Assembly: GCA_965242865.1 (NCBI GenBank)
Contig: CBDETK010000013.1
Coordinates: forward strand, 5,376,001-5,440,000
DNA from: Candidatus Latescibacterota bacterium
GTDB lineage: Bacteria > Latescibacterota > UBA2968 > UBA8231
Direction of reading: 5' to 3'
Length of the DNA stretch: 64,000 bases
Position numbers and translations under genes: made by a program. Numbering within the stretch: the stretch's first letter is position 1; every line of letters begins with the position of its first letter. Below, piece by piece: positions 47,692 through 56,762 of the stretch. Below the pieces are notes generated by a model. The model was not told the origin of the DNA. It did no database searches and saw only the letters and a program-made list of their open reading frames with translations.

Positions 47692-47810
47692 TGTCTAAAA
47701 ATCCACCTTGGGTCGTTTTGAACAAGCCGTAGAGGCGGTCGCCATCCTTCCCGCTCGGCCTTAGCCCGTCGCCTCAACGCCATGCAAGCCGGGCCGGTGA
47801 TCCTCCATGA

Positions 47811-49472
47811 CTACCGAATATCCAGCGCGATGGTCGATGGAGTATCCAATCCCGTGGTGATGAGGTTTTCGACGACGCGTGGGCCATCGCTATACAAGTT
47901 GGCCCGCTGAATTTTATCCGTGCCAAAGTCCGCCCAGTACATCTTTCCATTCTTCAAATCCAGCGCGATGCCAAATGGAAGAGTCAATTCCGTGTTCGAA
48001 TCCGTGACGAGGTTTTCGACGACGCGTGGGCCATCGCTATACAAGTTGGCCCGCTGAATTTTATCCGCGTTATAGTCCGTCCAGTACATCTTTCCATTCG
48101 CCAAATCCAGCGCGATGCGCGCTGGACCACTCAATCCCGTGACGAGTTCTTCGACCTGTGAGCCATGTAGGTTAGCCCGCCGAATATTATTCATGCCCGT
48201 GCCACTGTCCGTCCAGTACATCTTTCCTCTAGTCAAATCCAGCGCGATACCCGATGGAGTATCCAACCCCTCGGTGATGAGGTCTTCGATCTCTTTTCCA
48301 TCCAAATTGGCCCGCTGAATTTTATCCGCGCTCGAGCCGAAGTCCGTCCAGTACATCTTTCCTCTAGTCAAATCCAGCGCGATACCCGATGGAGTATCCA
48401 ACCCCGTGACGAGGTCTCGGACCTGTTTTCCATCCAAATTGGCCCGCTGAATTTTACCCGCGCTCTCGTCCGCCCAGTACATCCTTCCGCTCACCAAATC
48501 CAGCGCGATGCCCGATGGATTAATCAATCCCGTGACGAGGTCTTCGACGACGATGTCTGGGCCATCCAAGTTGGCCCGCTGAATTTTACCCGCGCCCCAG
48601 TCCGTCCAGTATATAAAGGATTCCGGCGGTTCCTCCGATTCTGGTTCCGTTTGGACGGTTTCGACGCGGGGGTGGCTTTCTACATGCGATTGGACACGGA
48701 GGCCGTTTGTTATCGCAGCGGCGAGTTGTTGGTTGGCCGCGTGCAGGCTGAGGGCGTTTTCCATCACGCCCAGCCATCGCAGGTTGGTTAGGCTCGCCAA
48801 CGGACTGACATCCGCAATGTCGTTGTCTCCTAGCTGGAGAAATTGCAGGTTCGTTAGGCGGGCTAACGGCTGCACGTCGGTAATCGCGTTGCCCCACATA
48901 TCCAGCTTGCGCAAGCTGATCAGGCTGGCCAGCGGACTCGCATCCGCCACCTTGTTCCCCCACAGCGACAGCGTGTGCAGATTGGTCAGACTGGCCAACG
49001 GGCTGACGTCGGTAATCGCGTTGCCCCGCAGATACAGCGTGTGCAGTGCCGTTGCGTGTTCAAGGCCGGCCACGCTCTCAATGTTTTTGTAGCTGGCGTC
49101 GAGTTCGGTCAGGGCGGCCAAGTCTGCCGGGGTCAGCGGCCCTTGCGGACGGTCCAACGCCTCCCGCACCGCCCGCTCCAGATTGGCGTCGGCGAACTCA
49201 ACGACGGTTGATTGGGTGCTATCGGCGTCAGCGTCGTCGGTCTGAGTGCTATCGGCGTCGGCTTCGGTCTGGGTGGTGTCAGGGCTTTCGGGGGCGGGCA
49301 GCCCGTCGGTAGCGGTGTAGGTGTCGTCGCCCAAGAATTCGCACAAGGAACAGGTGGCTTTGCCGGCCGGCCGTGAAGCGACTGGCGCAGAGTCTGAGCA
49401 GCCCATCCAAGCACTGACGACGCCCAAAAGGACGAACCCAAGCAGGGTTTTGAGAGATTTCAACGAAAGCAT
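47811..49472 (-). CDS. Lipoprotein with internalin-type LRRs and a YWTD (LDL-receptor class B) beta-propeller
   Basis: Signal ending WMGC; LxxLxLxxNxIxDVSPLxxL repeats; six YW(T/A)D..KIQRANL-type repeats. Confidence 0.88.
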   Translation of the reverse strand: MLSLKSLKTLLGFVLLGVVSAWMGCSDSAPVASRPAGKATCSLCEFLGDDTYTATDGLPAPESPDTTQTEADADSTQTDDADADSTQSTVVEFADANLERAVREALDRPQGPLTPADLAALTELDASYKNIESVAGLEHATALHTLYLRGNAITDVSPLASLTNLHTLSLWGNKVADASPLASLISLRKLDMWGNAITDVQPLARLTNLQFLQLGDNDIADVSPLASLTNLRWLGVMENALSLHAANQQLAAAITNGLRVQSHVESHPRVETVQTEPESEEPPESFIYWTDWGAGKIQRANLDGPDIVVEDLVTGLINPSGIALDLVSGRMYWADESAGKIQRANLDGKQVRDLVTGLDTPSGIALDLTRGKMYWTDFGSSADKIQRANLDGKEIEDLITEGLDTPSGIALDLTRGKMYWTDSGTGMNNIRRANLHGSQVEELVTGLSGPARIALDLANGKMYWTDYNADKIQRANLYSDGPRVVENLVTDSNTELTLPFGIALDLKNGKMYWADFGTDKIQRANLYSDGPRVVENLITTGLDTPSTIALDIR

Positions 49473-50010
49473 TTTTTGCTCCTTTGTATGGTGTGGGAAG
49501 AAATGGTATGCAGGTTGGAAGAGGGGCATGACGCCCCAAAAGAGGCGGAGTTAGCCCTAGGGCTATCACTTGGAGTGCTCAGGATGTGCGCCCCTTGCTG
49601 TGGGTGCGCCTTTGCTGGTGTTCTGGCGGCGTCTAGATCGAAGAGATTCCGCCCTCGGTCCTTGGCAGACGGGTTGCGGGGGTGGTGCAGTAAACGTGGA
49701 TCCGCATAAAGGCCGCACGGTAGCGTGCGCTTGGGGCCACGCGGCCAGATCGACGCGCCGCCCAACAGCCGCGCACAATCCGTCGGCCTATGCAGAGAAG
49801 TAGAGAGTTTAGTGCTTGGTGCTAGCGGAGAATTTTCGGGGGGGGGGGGGGTAAGTCGTTGTTTTTCAAGGACTTACGACACATTAAATCGGACGATGAA
49901 TCCAAGCACCCAACAGGGTTTTGCCCCACAGCAAGGCCCCTGCCTGATATGAAATGCTTAACCATCGTCTCGTTCATTTGCCAACCGATCGTGCCAAATT
50001 TGCAGCTGTA

Positions 50011-50147
50011 ACGGGCAGGCACGGGGGCCTGCCCCAACGAAATTCTTACGGGCAGGCACGGGGGGCCGCCCCAACGAAATTCTTACGGGCAGGCACGGGG
50101 GCCTGCCCCAACGAAATTCTTACGGGCAGGCATGGGGGCCTGCCCCT
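50011..50147. repeat. Tandem array of about 3.7 x 37-bp palindromic REP-like units
   Basis: Unit ACGGGCAGGCACGGGGGCCTGCCCCAACGAAATTCTT; no unique spacers. Confidence 0.9.
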
Positions 50148-50262
50148 GATTGTAGGTTATTTGCCGTCGTTAAATAAAAGCCTAAACACAGAAGTTGCAA
50201 CCTGCACTTCTACGGCAATCCTTAGAGGCGGTCTGAAAACCTGTGATGTATCGCAGGCCCGC

Positions 50263-52533
50263 CTAGTCACCGACAAGGATAGTACTCACGCCCGCATGAT
50301 GACGATGACAGATTGATTGTGCCCGCGCCATACTACGCAGCAGCAGCAATGCTCCCAGATAGCAACCGATAGCGGCCCACAGCGCGGCGACAAATCCCCA
50401 ATGCAGGGCGAGGAAAACCGCCAAGGCCGCGCCAAAGACCGAGGCCACGCCGTTGACGGCAAATCCCCAGTCAATGCACTCGCCGACGTAGCGCACGGCG
50501 CGCGGGAAGGGCATGCCCATAAAGAACCCCGCCGGGGCGATCAACGCGCAACTTATGGCGACCCGCACGCCCCAATCGAGCCTTCCACAAACCGCGACTA
50601 CGTGCGGAAAGAGCACCAGATGCGCCGCGGCCCACACAGCGACAAAGACAAAGGGCCACCACGGCTCGCCGCGCTGCGAGCAGAAACTCCCCGCGCCCGA
50701 ACTCAGCAAAAGCGCCAACAGAACGATGGGAAACGCATAAGCCGAATGGCCCAAGAGCAGGCTGTACTGCTGGATCCACACCACCTCGATCAGCATGTAG
50801 CCCATGCCAATGGCGGCAAAGTACAGCCAAGCGGCCCCCGCCAGCCCGGTTTGCCCCCGCCAGCCCGGCAAGAGCAAGAGCGGCACTCCCACGACGACGA
50901 CGATCGCCAGCACGGCCCCTACCAACAGCCGCGCCAGCGGAAAGCCGGCAAACTCAAGGGCTCTACCGCCCGCGTCCAAGCGGTCCCAACGCCCCATCTG
51001 CGCCACAAAGGGCCGGTCGTCGGTCGGCGGGCTGATGTCGGTGGGTGCTGCGGCCCAATGCGCTTCCCAGCCGTCGGCCGCGATCCGGCTGATCAGGTGC
51101 TCGGCCACCGGGGACGGATGGAGGATGCGGCTGGCCGGATCGGCCGCGGCAAACAGGGCTGGCAAGGTCGCATGGACTAGGGTACTCGCCAGCGGCTGCC
51201 GCCCCAAAACCAACACCTGCCGTCGCTGGGTGGGCAGGTCGTACACCACGAGGTGGCTTTGGGCCGCTAAGCCCAACGCCCGCAGCGATGCTAGGGCCGC
51301 ACTGGTCAGCCGCGGGACGTACACTTGGTGCTCGACGAGCAAAAGCCCGTCTGCGGTCAGGGCGCGGTAGAAGTCGGTAAAGGCTTCGACCGTGAATAGG
51401 TAGTTTTCGGCGAGGGCAAAGGCCCCGGACGACAGCGCGGCGAACGTGTTGGAACTGCGCGAGATAATCAGGTCAAACGCGCCCGGGTGCTGCCGGGCAT
51501 AGACGCGGGCGTCCGCGCTGTGGACCTCGACCCCGTCGCTCTCGTATAGATGGCCAAAGAACGCAGCCTGTGCTCCGTGGGTGAGCATTTTGTTGAGCCC
51601 GGCGTTGACTTCAACCGCATCCACGCGCTGCGCCCCGCCCGCTATGGCCTGCAGCACTTCGCTGCCCCCACCGGCCCCCACCACCATCACCCGCTCGGGC
51701 GCGAGGGCGCGAATCAGCGGCCGCAGGTCGAGCGCGAACTCGGGTGGGTCCGCCGGCAGCCCCGAATCGCCGCGCACCCGGTGGAGCAGCATGTTGGCCG
51801 CGCCGTCGATGTCGATGCCGCGCACGGCCGCGCTGTGGGCAAAGACCCGGATGCGGCCCATGGCGTCCCAGCGTTCGGCGATGACCGGGGACTTGGTCGG
51901 GGCCTTGGGCACGAGCGCGGCATCGGCGACCAAGGCCGCGCCCCCGAGCGCGGCGACCAAGGCCAGCACACCGGCGCGCTGGTAGCGGCCCGGCCCCCAT
52001 CCGGCTAGGGCACCGGGAACGCAGCACAGCATGGCCGCGGCCGGCACCCCAAAGGCGTTCATCGCGGCGATGGCAGCCGCACCGCCGCCGGCCGCGCCCA
52101 CTAAGTCGGCCGCGTAGAGTTGGGCCGCGGTTGCGCGGTGGCGGCGCAAGAGCGCGGCGCAGCAGGCCCCGCCGGCCAGATAGGGCAGCAACAACAGCCC
52201 CACGCCCGCAGCCAGCAAGGCGAGGTCGCCTCCAGAACGCCCCAGCGCATTGAATTCGATGGGCAGGCGCGTCACCGCGGCTGGCCCGAGCGCGGCCGTG
52301 CCACTGGCCAAGAGCGCGGCGATGTGCGGCGCGGTGGCCCACGCCGGCCAAAAGCGCAGCGACAGCGCCCCGAGGCCGAGGCCGAGCACGGCGAGGGAAA
52401 CCACGAGAAAGGCAAAGGAGTAGAAGAATTCAGCGGAGAATATCCGCGTCCAGACGATTTCTAGCGCCACCAGCATGGCCGCGACCAAGCCGATGGCCAC
52501 TTGGTCGCGGCGCAAGGGACTCATGGTGCTCAT
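50263..52533 (-). CDS. Polytopic membrane protein with a spermidine-synthase-like SAM-binding domain
   Basis: LEIVWTRIFS, YAADLVGA, VVGAGGG, DAVEVN, ENYLFTVEAF, TDDRPF, FFMGMPFP. Confidence 0.85.
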   Translation of the reverse strand: MSTMSPLRRDQVAIGLVAAMLVALEIVWTRIFSAEFFYSFAFLVVSLAVLGLGLGALSLRFWPAWATAPHIAALLASGTAALGPAAVTRLPIEFNALGRSGGDLALLAAGVGLLLLPYLAGGACCAALLRRHRATAAQLYAADLVGAAGGGAAAIAAMNAFGVPAAAMLCCVPGALAGWGPGRYQRAGVLALVAALGGAALVADAALVPKAPTKSPVIAERWDAMGRIRVFAHSAAVRGIDIDGAANMLLHRVRGDSGLPADPPEFALDLRPLIRALAPERVMVVGAGGGSEVLQAIAGGAQRVDAVEVNAGLNKMLTHGAQAAFFGHLYESDGVEVHSADARVYARQHPGAFDLIISRSSNTFAALSSGAFALAENYLFTVEAFTDFYRALTADGLLLVEHQVYVPRLTSAALASLRALGLAAQSHLVVYDLPTQRRQVLVLGRQPLASTLVHATLPALFAAADPASRILHPSPVAEHLISRIAADGWEAHWAAAPTDISPPTDDRPFVAQMGRWDRLDAGGRALEFAGFPLARLLVGAVLAIVVVVGVPLLLLPGWRGQTGLAGAAWLYFAAIGMGYMLIEVVWIQQYSLLLGHSAYAFPIVLLALLLSSGAGSFCSQRGEPWWPFVFVAVWAAAHLVLFPHVVAVCGRLDWGVRVAISCALIAPAGFFMGMPFPRAVRYVGECIDWGFAVNGVASVFGAALAVFLALHWGFVAALWAAIGCYLGALLLLRSMARAQSICHRHHAGVSTILVGD

Positions 52534-52564
52534 TCCACGGGCGGTCCCATGAAAAATCGGGCGG

Positions 52565-53815
52565 CTAGCTCAAAAACCACGCAATCGGCACGGCCGTAAT
52601 CCCCTCGGCTAACGCCTGAACGCGCCCATCGTTGGACAGAACCAGCGCGTGCAATACAGGTTTATCGAGAATGTCTGCCAAGCGCCGCAGGTGACGGGCG
52701 TCGCCCGCGGCGACGTGTTCGGTCATTTTGATTTCTATGGGAATAAATCCGGCCTCGGTTTCCAATAACAGATCGACCTCCCGGCCGTCGGCGGTGCGCA
52801 GGTGGTACAAGGTCACCGGCAGGCGGCTGTTCTTAATTTGCTTGTAAATCTCGGCAATCACCGCGCTTTCAAACTCGCCTCCCGTAGGCAAGCCACGCCG
52901 CTCTAGCAGGGCGCGTTGCACGCCCGGATCGACAAAGTGGACCTTGGGGGCTTTGGACAAGCGCTTCTGCACATTGCGAAACCAAGGCTGGAGCAAAATG
53001 ATCTGATAGCTGATCTCCAGATAGGTCACAAAACGCTTGGCTGTCTTGGTTGCAATCCCGGCCTGATTGGCCAAACTGGCCAGATTTAGGAGACCGCCGG
53101 TCATGCCGGACAGTGCCTTTTGCGCCCGCACAAAAGGTTCCAATTCCCGCAAGTTGGCCAAGTCGCGCACATCGCGCTGGATATAGGTCTGGATGTAATT
53201 GGCCAGCCATTCGTATTTCTCGGCGGCGTTTAGGCTTTGGTCTGCCAACGCCGGCATGGCCCCAAACTGCAAATAGTCTTCCAAGAGTTGGCGCACCTGT
53301 GCATAGCGCGTCTCTTGATTGGGCATCCCCCACAACAGGTCAGCGGGCGTCCCGCTTCTGAGCCATTGAATCAGGCGCGATTCGGCCACGGGGTCGCTCC
53401 ACGAATCGGTCAGCATTTCCGCAAACGTCAGGGGATACAATTCGACCAAAGAGACTCGCCCAGCCAAACTTTCGCGGATTTTTTTTATCAACAGAATTTG
53501 GCTCGATCCCAAAAGGATGTAGCGCGCATCCGCATACAGGTCATAGACCGCCTTGATCGACTCCACCAAGCGGGGGGCCTTTTGCACCTCGTCGAGAATC
53601 GCCACCGGATACTGCTGCCGCCACTGCGCGGCCGATAGGGCCAGAAAATCAGGGCGCACGACGGGATCTTCTAGCGAGAGATACGCATACTCGGCAAAGC
53701 CAGCCCGGACGAGCGTGGTCTTGCCCGTTTGCCGCGCCCCGGTCAGCACGATGATGCGCCCGAACTTGGACGCTGATTTTTGTTTTAGATCGGGAAGTAA
53801 GGCCCTGTTTTTCAT
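52565..53815 (-). CDS. AAA_14 ATPase with DUF4143 domain
   Basis: GARQTGKT, LDEVQK, LLGSS, ESLAGR, KAPKVHFVDPG, EVDL. Confidence 0.88.
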   Translation of the reverse strand: MKNRALLPDLKQKSASKFGRIIVLTGARQTGKTTLVRAGFAEYAYLSLEDPVVRPDFLALSAAQWRQQYPVAILDEVQKAPRLVESIKAVYDLYADARYILLGSSQILLIKKIRESLAGRVSLVELYPLTFAEMLTDSWSDPVAESRLIQWLRSGTPADLLWGMPNQETRYAQVRQLLEDYLQFGAMPALADQSLNAAEKYEWLANYIQTYIQRDVRDLANLRELEPFVRAQKALSGMTGGLLNLASLANQAGIATKTAKRFVTYLEISYQIILLQPWFRNVQKRLSKAPKVHFVDPGVQRALLERRGLPTGGEFESAVIAEIYKQIKNSRLPVTLYHLRTADGREVDLLLETEAGFIPIEIKMTEHVAAGDARHLRRLADILDKPVLHALVLSNDGRVQALAEGITAVPIAWFLS

Positions 53816-53888
53816 AGTAGTCCCTTTTTGGGCGTAAAATCGGGCATTAAGGCCATAATTTACGCCGAATAGAGACGCTATCAAGGCG

Positions 53889-54212
53889 CTAGTCGAGATG
53901 AAAGACTTCTTCGAGCTCGATCAACACGTCTGCCGGGCTGCCGCCGGCCGGTATATCGACCAAGTCGCCGCAAGCCTCGCCCCAGCGTTGCGTGGCCTCT
54001 TCCGCGAGAAAGCCGGCGAGGGCGGTGGCAAAATCCGTCTCGGTCTCAAAGTAGCCGAAGACGAGCCCGTCTGCGTTCATAAAGAGGGAGTAGCGCTGCC
54101 AGCCGTGGCGGGTGAGGGCCGCGCAGACTTCGGGCCACACGCGGCGATGCACTTCCTTGTACTCGGCGATCCGATCTTTTTTGACCTGCAGCTGAAAACC
54201 AACTCGTCGCAT
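53889..54212 (-). CDS. rhaM: L-rhamnose mutarotase
   Basis: EYKEVHRRVWPE, YSLF, FGYFE, LEEVFHLD. Confidence 0.88.
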   Translation of the reverse strand: MRRVGFQLQVKKDRIAEYKEVHRRVWPEVCAALTRHGWQRYSLFMNADGLVFGYFETETDFATALAGFLAEEATQRWGEACGDLVDIPAGGSPADVLIELEEVFHLD

Positions 54213-54234
54213 TTGATCAAGCTCCGCGGAAAAT

Positions 54235-54846
54235 TTATTGGCCGCCAAATCTGGTGCCGAGGCCGATGAGGAATGAGAGTCCGGTCGCTCCGCTTTTAAT
54301 AAGTGGAAACTCTTCGTTGTGAAACCAGCGCCGAAAGCGCCCTTCCACCCGCAGGACAAAGGCAGAGCCCACGCGCTTCTGATACCCTAGACCCGCTCCG
54401 GCGGCGAAATAAGTGTCGAAGTCGCCATCCGCCACTAGCTCCTGTAGAGAGCCGTTCACCAGCAGGTAGGGGCTGGACACCGCGTTGCTTGGCACAAAGA
54501 ACGCACCGCGAATTCCAAGATAAAGATCAGTGAGGGAGTCTTTACCACTTGACCTCATCCCAAGACTGAATTCAGGACCAAGGGCTAGCCACTCACGCGG
54601 AAACCACGAAACGTAGAGCGCAGGGATTCCAGGTGCCCAAGAAAATATGGGAACAGCTGGCCCCCCAATAACGGTCACCTCCCTAGCAGGAGAATAGGAA
54701 AACCCAAACAGCGTTCCGACTTCAATGTCCGTCGCTGGGGCGTCCTCTTCTTGATGGGCGAAAACGGGGGAGGGTGCTGCAATAGCCACAAAAGTCACAA
54801 AAGTCACAAAAGGCGTCAGGGACGCAATCGGGATAAAACGCAGCAT
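54235..54846 (-). CDS. Secreted outer-membrane beta-barrel-like protein
   Basis: Signal peptide, alternating beta-strand pattern, GAGLGY, terminal IGLGTRF. Confidence 0.6.
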   Translation of the reverse strand: MLRFIPIASLTPFVTFVTFVAIAAPSPVFAHQEEDAPATDIEVGTLFGFSYSPAREVTVIGGPAVPIFSWAPGIPALYVSWFPREWLALGPEFSLGMRSSGKDSLTDLYLGIRGAFFVPSNAVSSPYLLVNGSLQELVADGDFDTYFAAGAGLGYQKRVGSAFVLRVEGRFRRWFHNEEFPLIKSGATGLSFLIGLGTRFGGQ

Positions 54847-54916
54847 ATCTTTCCTCCTATTCGGCCCTTCCAGCGCGAACTTAGGCAGCACCGGCTCGCC
54901 AGAAATCGCGCTCCTT

Positions 54917-55459
54917 TCAAGCTCCTTGGAACCGCTCCATATCCGGCACAATGGACTGGCCGCGCTCCAAGTCGAAGTCGATCTCTACGGAGTGGGCTTG
55001 GTACTCTTGGTCGCCGCGCGTGGTCTGGTACACGTCGCGGCCCTCAACGCAGATGGGCATGGTGTGCCACGTCCCGAGGTGCAAGCAGACGCCCACATCG
55101 CCGGCCGAGTAAAAAGCGCGCAGCTCCTCGGCCTTGATGTCGGGTTGGATCGGTCCGACGAGAAACACGGTCGGCGAGTGCAGGCTGGGGTAAAACGACT
55201 GACCGGCGTCCGTGTGAAAGGCAAAATGGGCGCGCGCTAGCCCCTCGGAGATGGGTACGCGCTGCGGATGGAGGGCGTACCAGCTCGGGGGGTCCTTGGG
55301 TTGGGGGCCGGGCGCGGCGAGGACCGGGTACGCGTTGGTGGCATAACCGCCCTTGACCTTGTCCGGCTTGCGCTCCTCAAAGGTGCGAATCACGTGGCCG
55401 AAGGGGGCAAACGCTTGGGATTCGAGCGGCTCAACCGGGATTTTCACGAGGTTCCACAT
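54917..55459 (-). CDS. Ureidoglycolate lyase-like cupin
   Basis: EPL...FAPFG.VI, HTDAGQSF, GTWHTMP. Confidence 0.7.
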   Translation of the reverse strand: MWNLVKIPVEPLESQAFAPFGHVIRTFEERKPDKVKGGYATNAYPVLAAPGPQPKDPPSWYALHPQRVPISEGLARAHFAFHTDAGQSFYPSLHSPTVFLVGPIQPDIKAEELRAFYSAGDVGVCLHLGTWHTMPICVEGRDVYQTTRGDQEYQAHSVEIDFDLERGQSIVPDMERFQGA

Positions 55460-55501
55460 GGCAATCTCCTTTTGCAGTGATTGGGAATCAGGGGCCAGAC
55501 G

Positions 55502-56746
55502 CTATTCAATGCCCAAGGCGGCGTCTATCTCCGCTTGATAGGCGTACGCTTGGCAGGATTCGACCGCGCGGAGCGCGACCGGGCCGCCAGCGCGCCACGA
55601 CTCAAGCACCGCGTAGAGCGCGGCCACGTCCTTGAGGCCGCAGCGGGCATCCACTTCAACGGTGCGCTGGCCGCGAATGGCTTCGGCCAGTTCGTGCAAC
55701 TCATAAGCGATCAGCTTCACATCGACGAGCGGGTCGCCGGCCGAGACGCCGCTCGGAAACAGGTAGCGCGTCAGCGGGTCGAACGATAGGGACGCGCTCT
55801 CGGCCGACGCGAGGATGTCCTCTTGGCTGAGGGGCGCGCCATGACGCCGGGCCAGCGTTACGCGCCCCCCGCGGATGCCAAAGCCGTCAATGCAGCCAGC
55901 GGTGCCCATGATGAGCTCGCGGTGGACGCTGGCGTGGCCGGCGATTCCGACGATCCAGTTCAGGATCGCGCCGCTGGCCATTTTGAAAATCGCTTGGGTC
56001 GTGTCCTCGGCCGCGGCCGGGATGCGCTCCGGCATGGCCTCGAAGCTCTTTTGGTAAAATTCGTAGTCCATGGACATAGAGGCCGATTTTTGCCGCTCCG
56101 GTTCGACCAGCCGCGCATCGGCATAGACTTCGGCAACATCCCCCAACTGGTAGCGGATTACATGGGTGAAGTGAACGGCCATGTCGAGGATAAAGCCGCC
56201 CAACTCGCGGCGGTGCCGCCAAGGGGTGATAAAAATGGAATTGCCCGGGCCGAGCGAGTGGTACAACCCCATGTACGGCGTGCCGATGGCGCCGCGGTCA
56301 ATTAGGTGGCGCACGATGCGGGCCGAAGGGTCGCGGCGGAAGTTTTCGGCCACGGAGACTAGGCGTTCGTTGCGGTCGGCCGCGGCGAGAATGTGTTGGC
56401 AGGCGCGCACGGTGATGGCCAGCGGCTTTTCCACTAGCACGTGCAATCCCAAGTCGAGGGCCTCGCAGACGACCTCGTGATGCACCGAAGGATCGGTCAC
56501 CACATCTACGGCCTCTAGGTCCGGCACCTGCTGGACCAGCTCGTCCAGCTTGGTGCAGACCTTGGGGCGAACCCCGAAGAGTTGGGCGGCTTCGGCCGCG
56601 GCCAGCTCAGCGTTTTCAGCGCGGATGTCGCAGACCGCGCTTAGTTCTATTGAATCGAAGGGGGAGTCCGCGAGTTGCTTGAGGCCGTGTAGATGGCGGG
56701 TGCCCATGCCGCCGCAGCCGACGAGGGCCAAGCGCACTTTGTCCAT
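55502..56746 (-). CDS. Gfo/Idh/MocA oxidoreductase
   Basis: VGCGGMG, HVLVEKPLA, AENFRR, DMAVH. Confidence 0.92.
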   Translation of the reverse strand: MDKVRLALVGCGGMGTRHLHGLKQLADSPFDSIELSAVCDIRAENAELAAAEAAQLFGVRPKVCTKLDELVQQVPDLEAVDVVTDPSVHHEVVCEALDLGLHVLVEKPLAITVRACQHILAAADRNERLVSVAENFRRDPSARIVRHLIDRGAIGTPYMGLYHSLGPGNSIFITPWRHRRELGGFILDMAVHFTHVIRYQLGDVAEVYADARLVEPERQKSASMSMDYEFYQKSFEAMPERIPAAAEDTTQAIFKMASGAILNWIVGIAGHASVHRELIMGTAGCIDGFGIRGGRVTLARRHGAPLSQEDILASAESASLSFDPLTRYLFPSGVSAGDPLVDVKLIAYELHELAEAIRGQRTVEVDARCGLKDVAALYAVLESWRAGGPVALRAVESCQAYAYQAEIDAALGIE

Positions 56747-56762
56747 TTATATAATTCCCCTG

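Noticed and set aside
49695-49795. c-di-AMP (ydaO) riboswitch-like words
   Set aside because: Only scattered partial matches, on the strand opposite to the adjacent gene
50011-50147. CRISPR array
   Set aside because: Units are contiguous with no unique spacers, and there are no cas genes in the window
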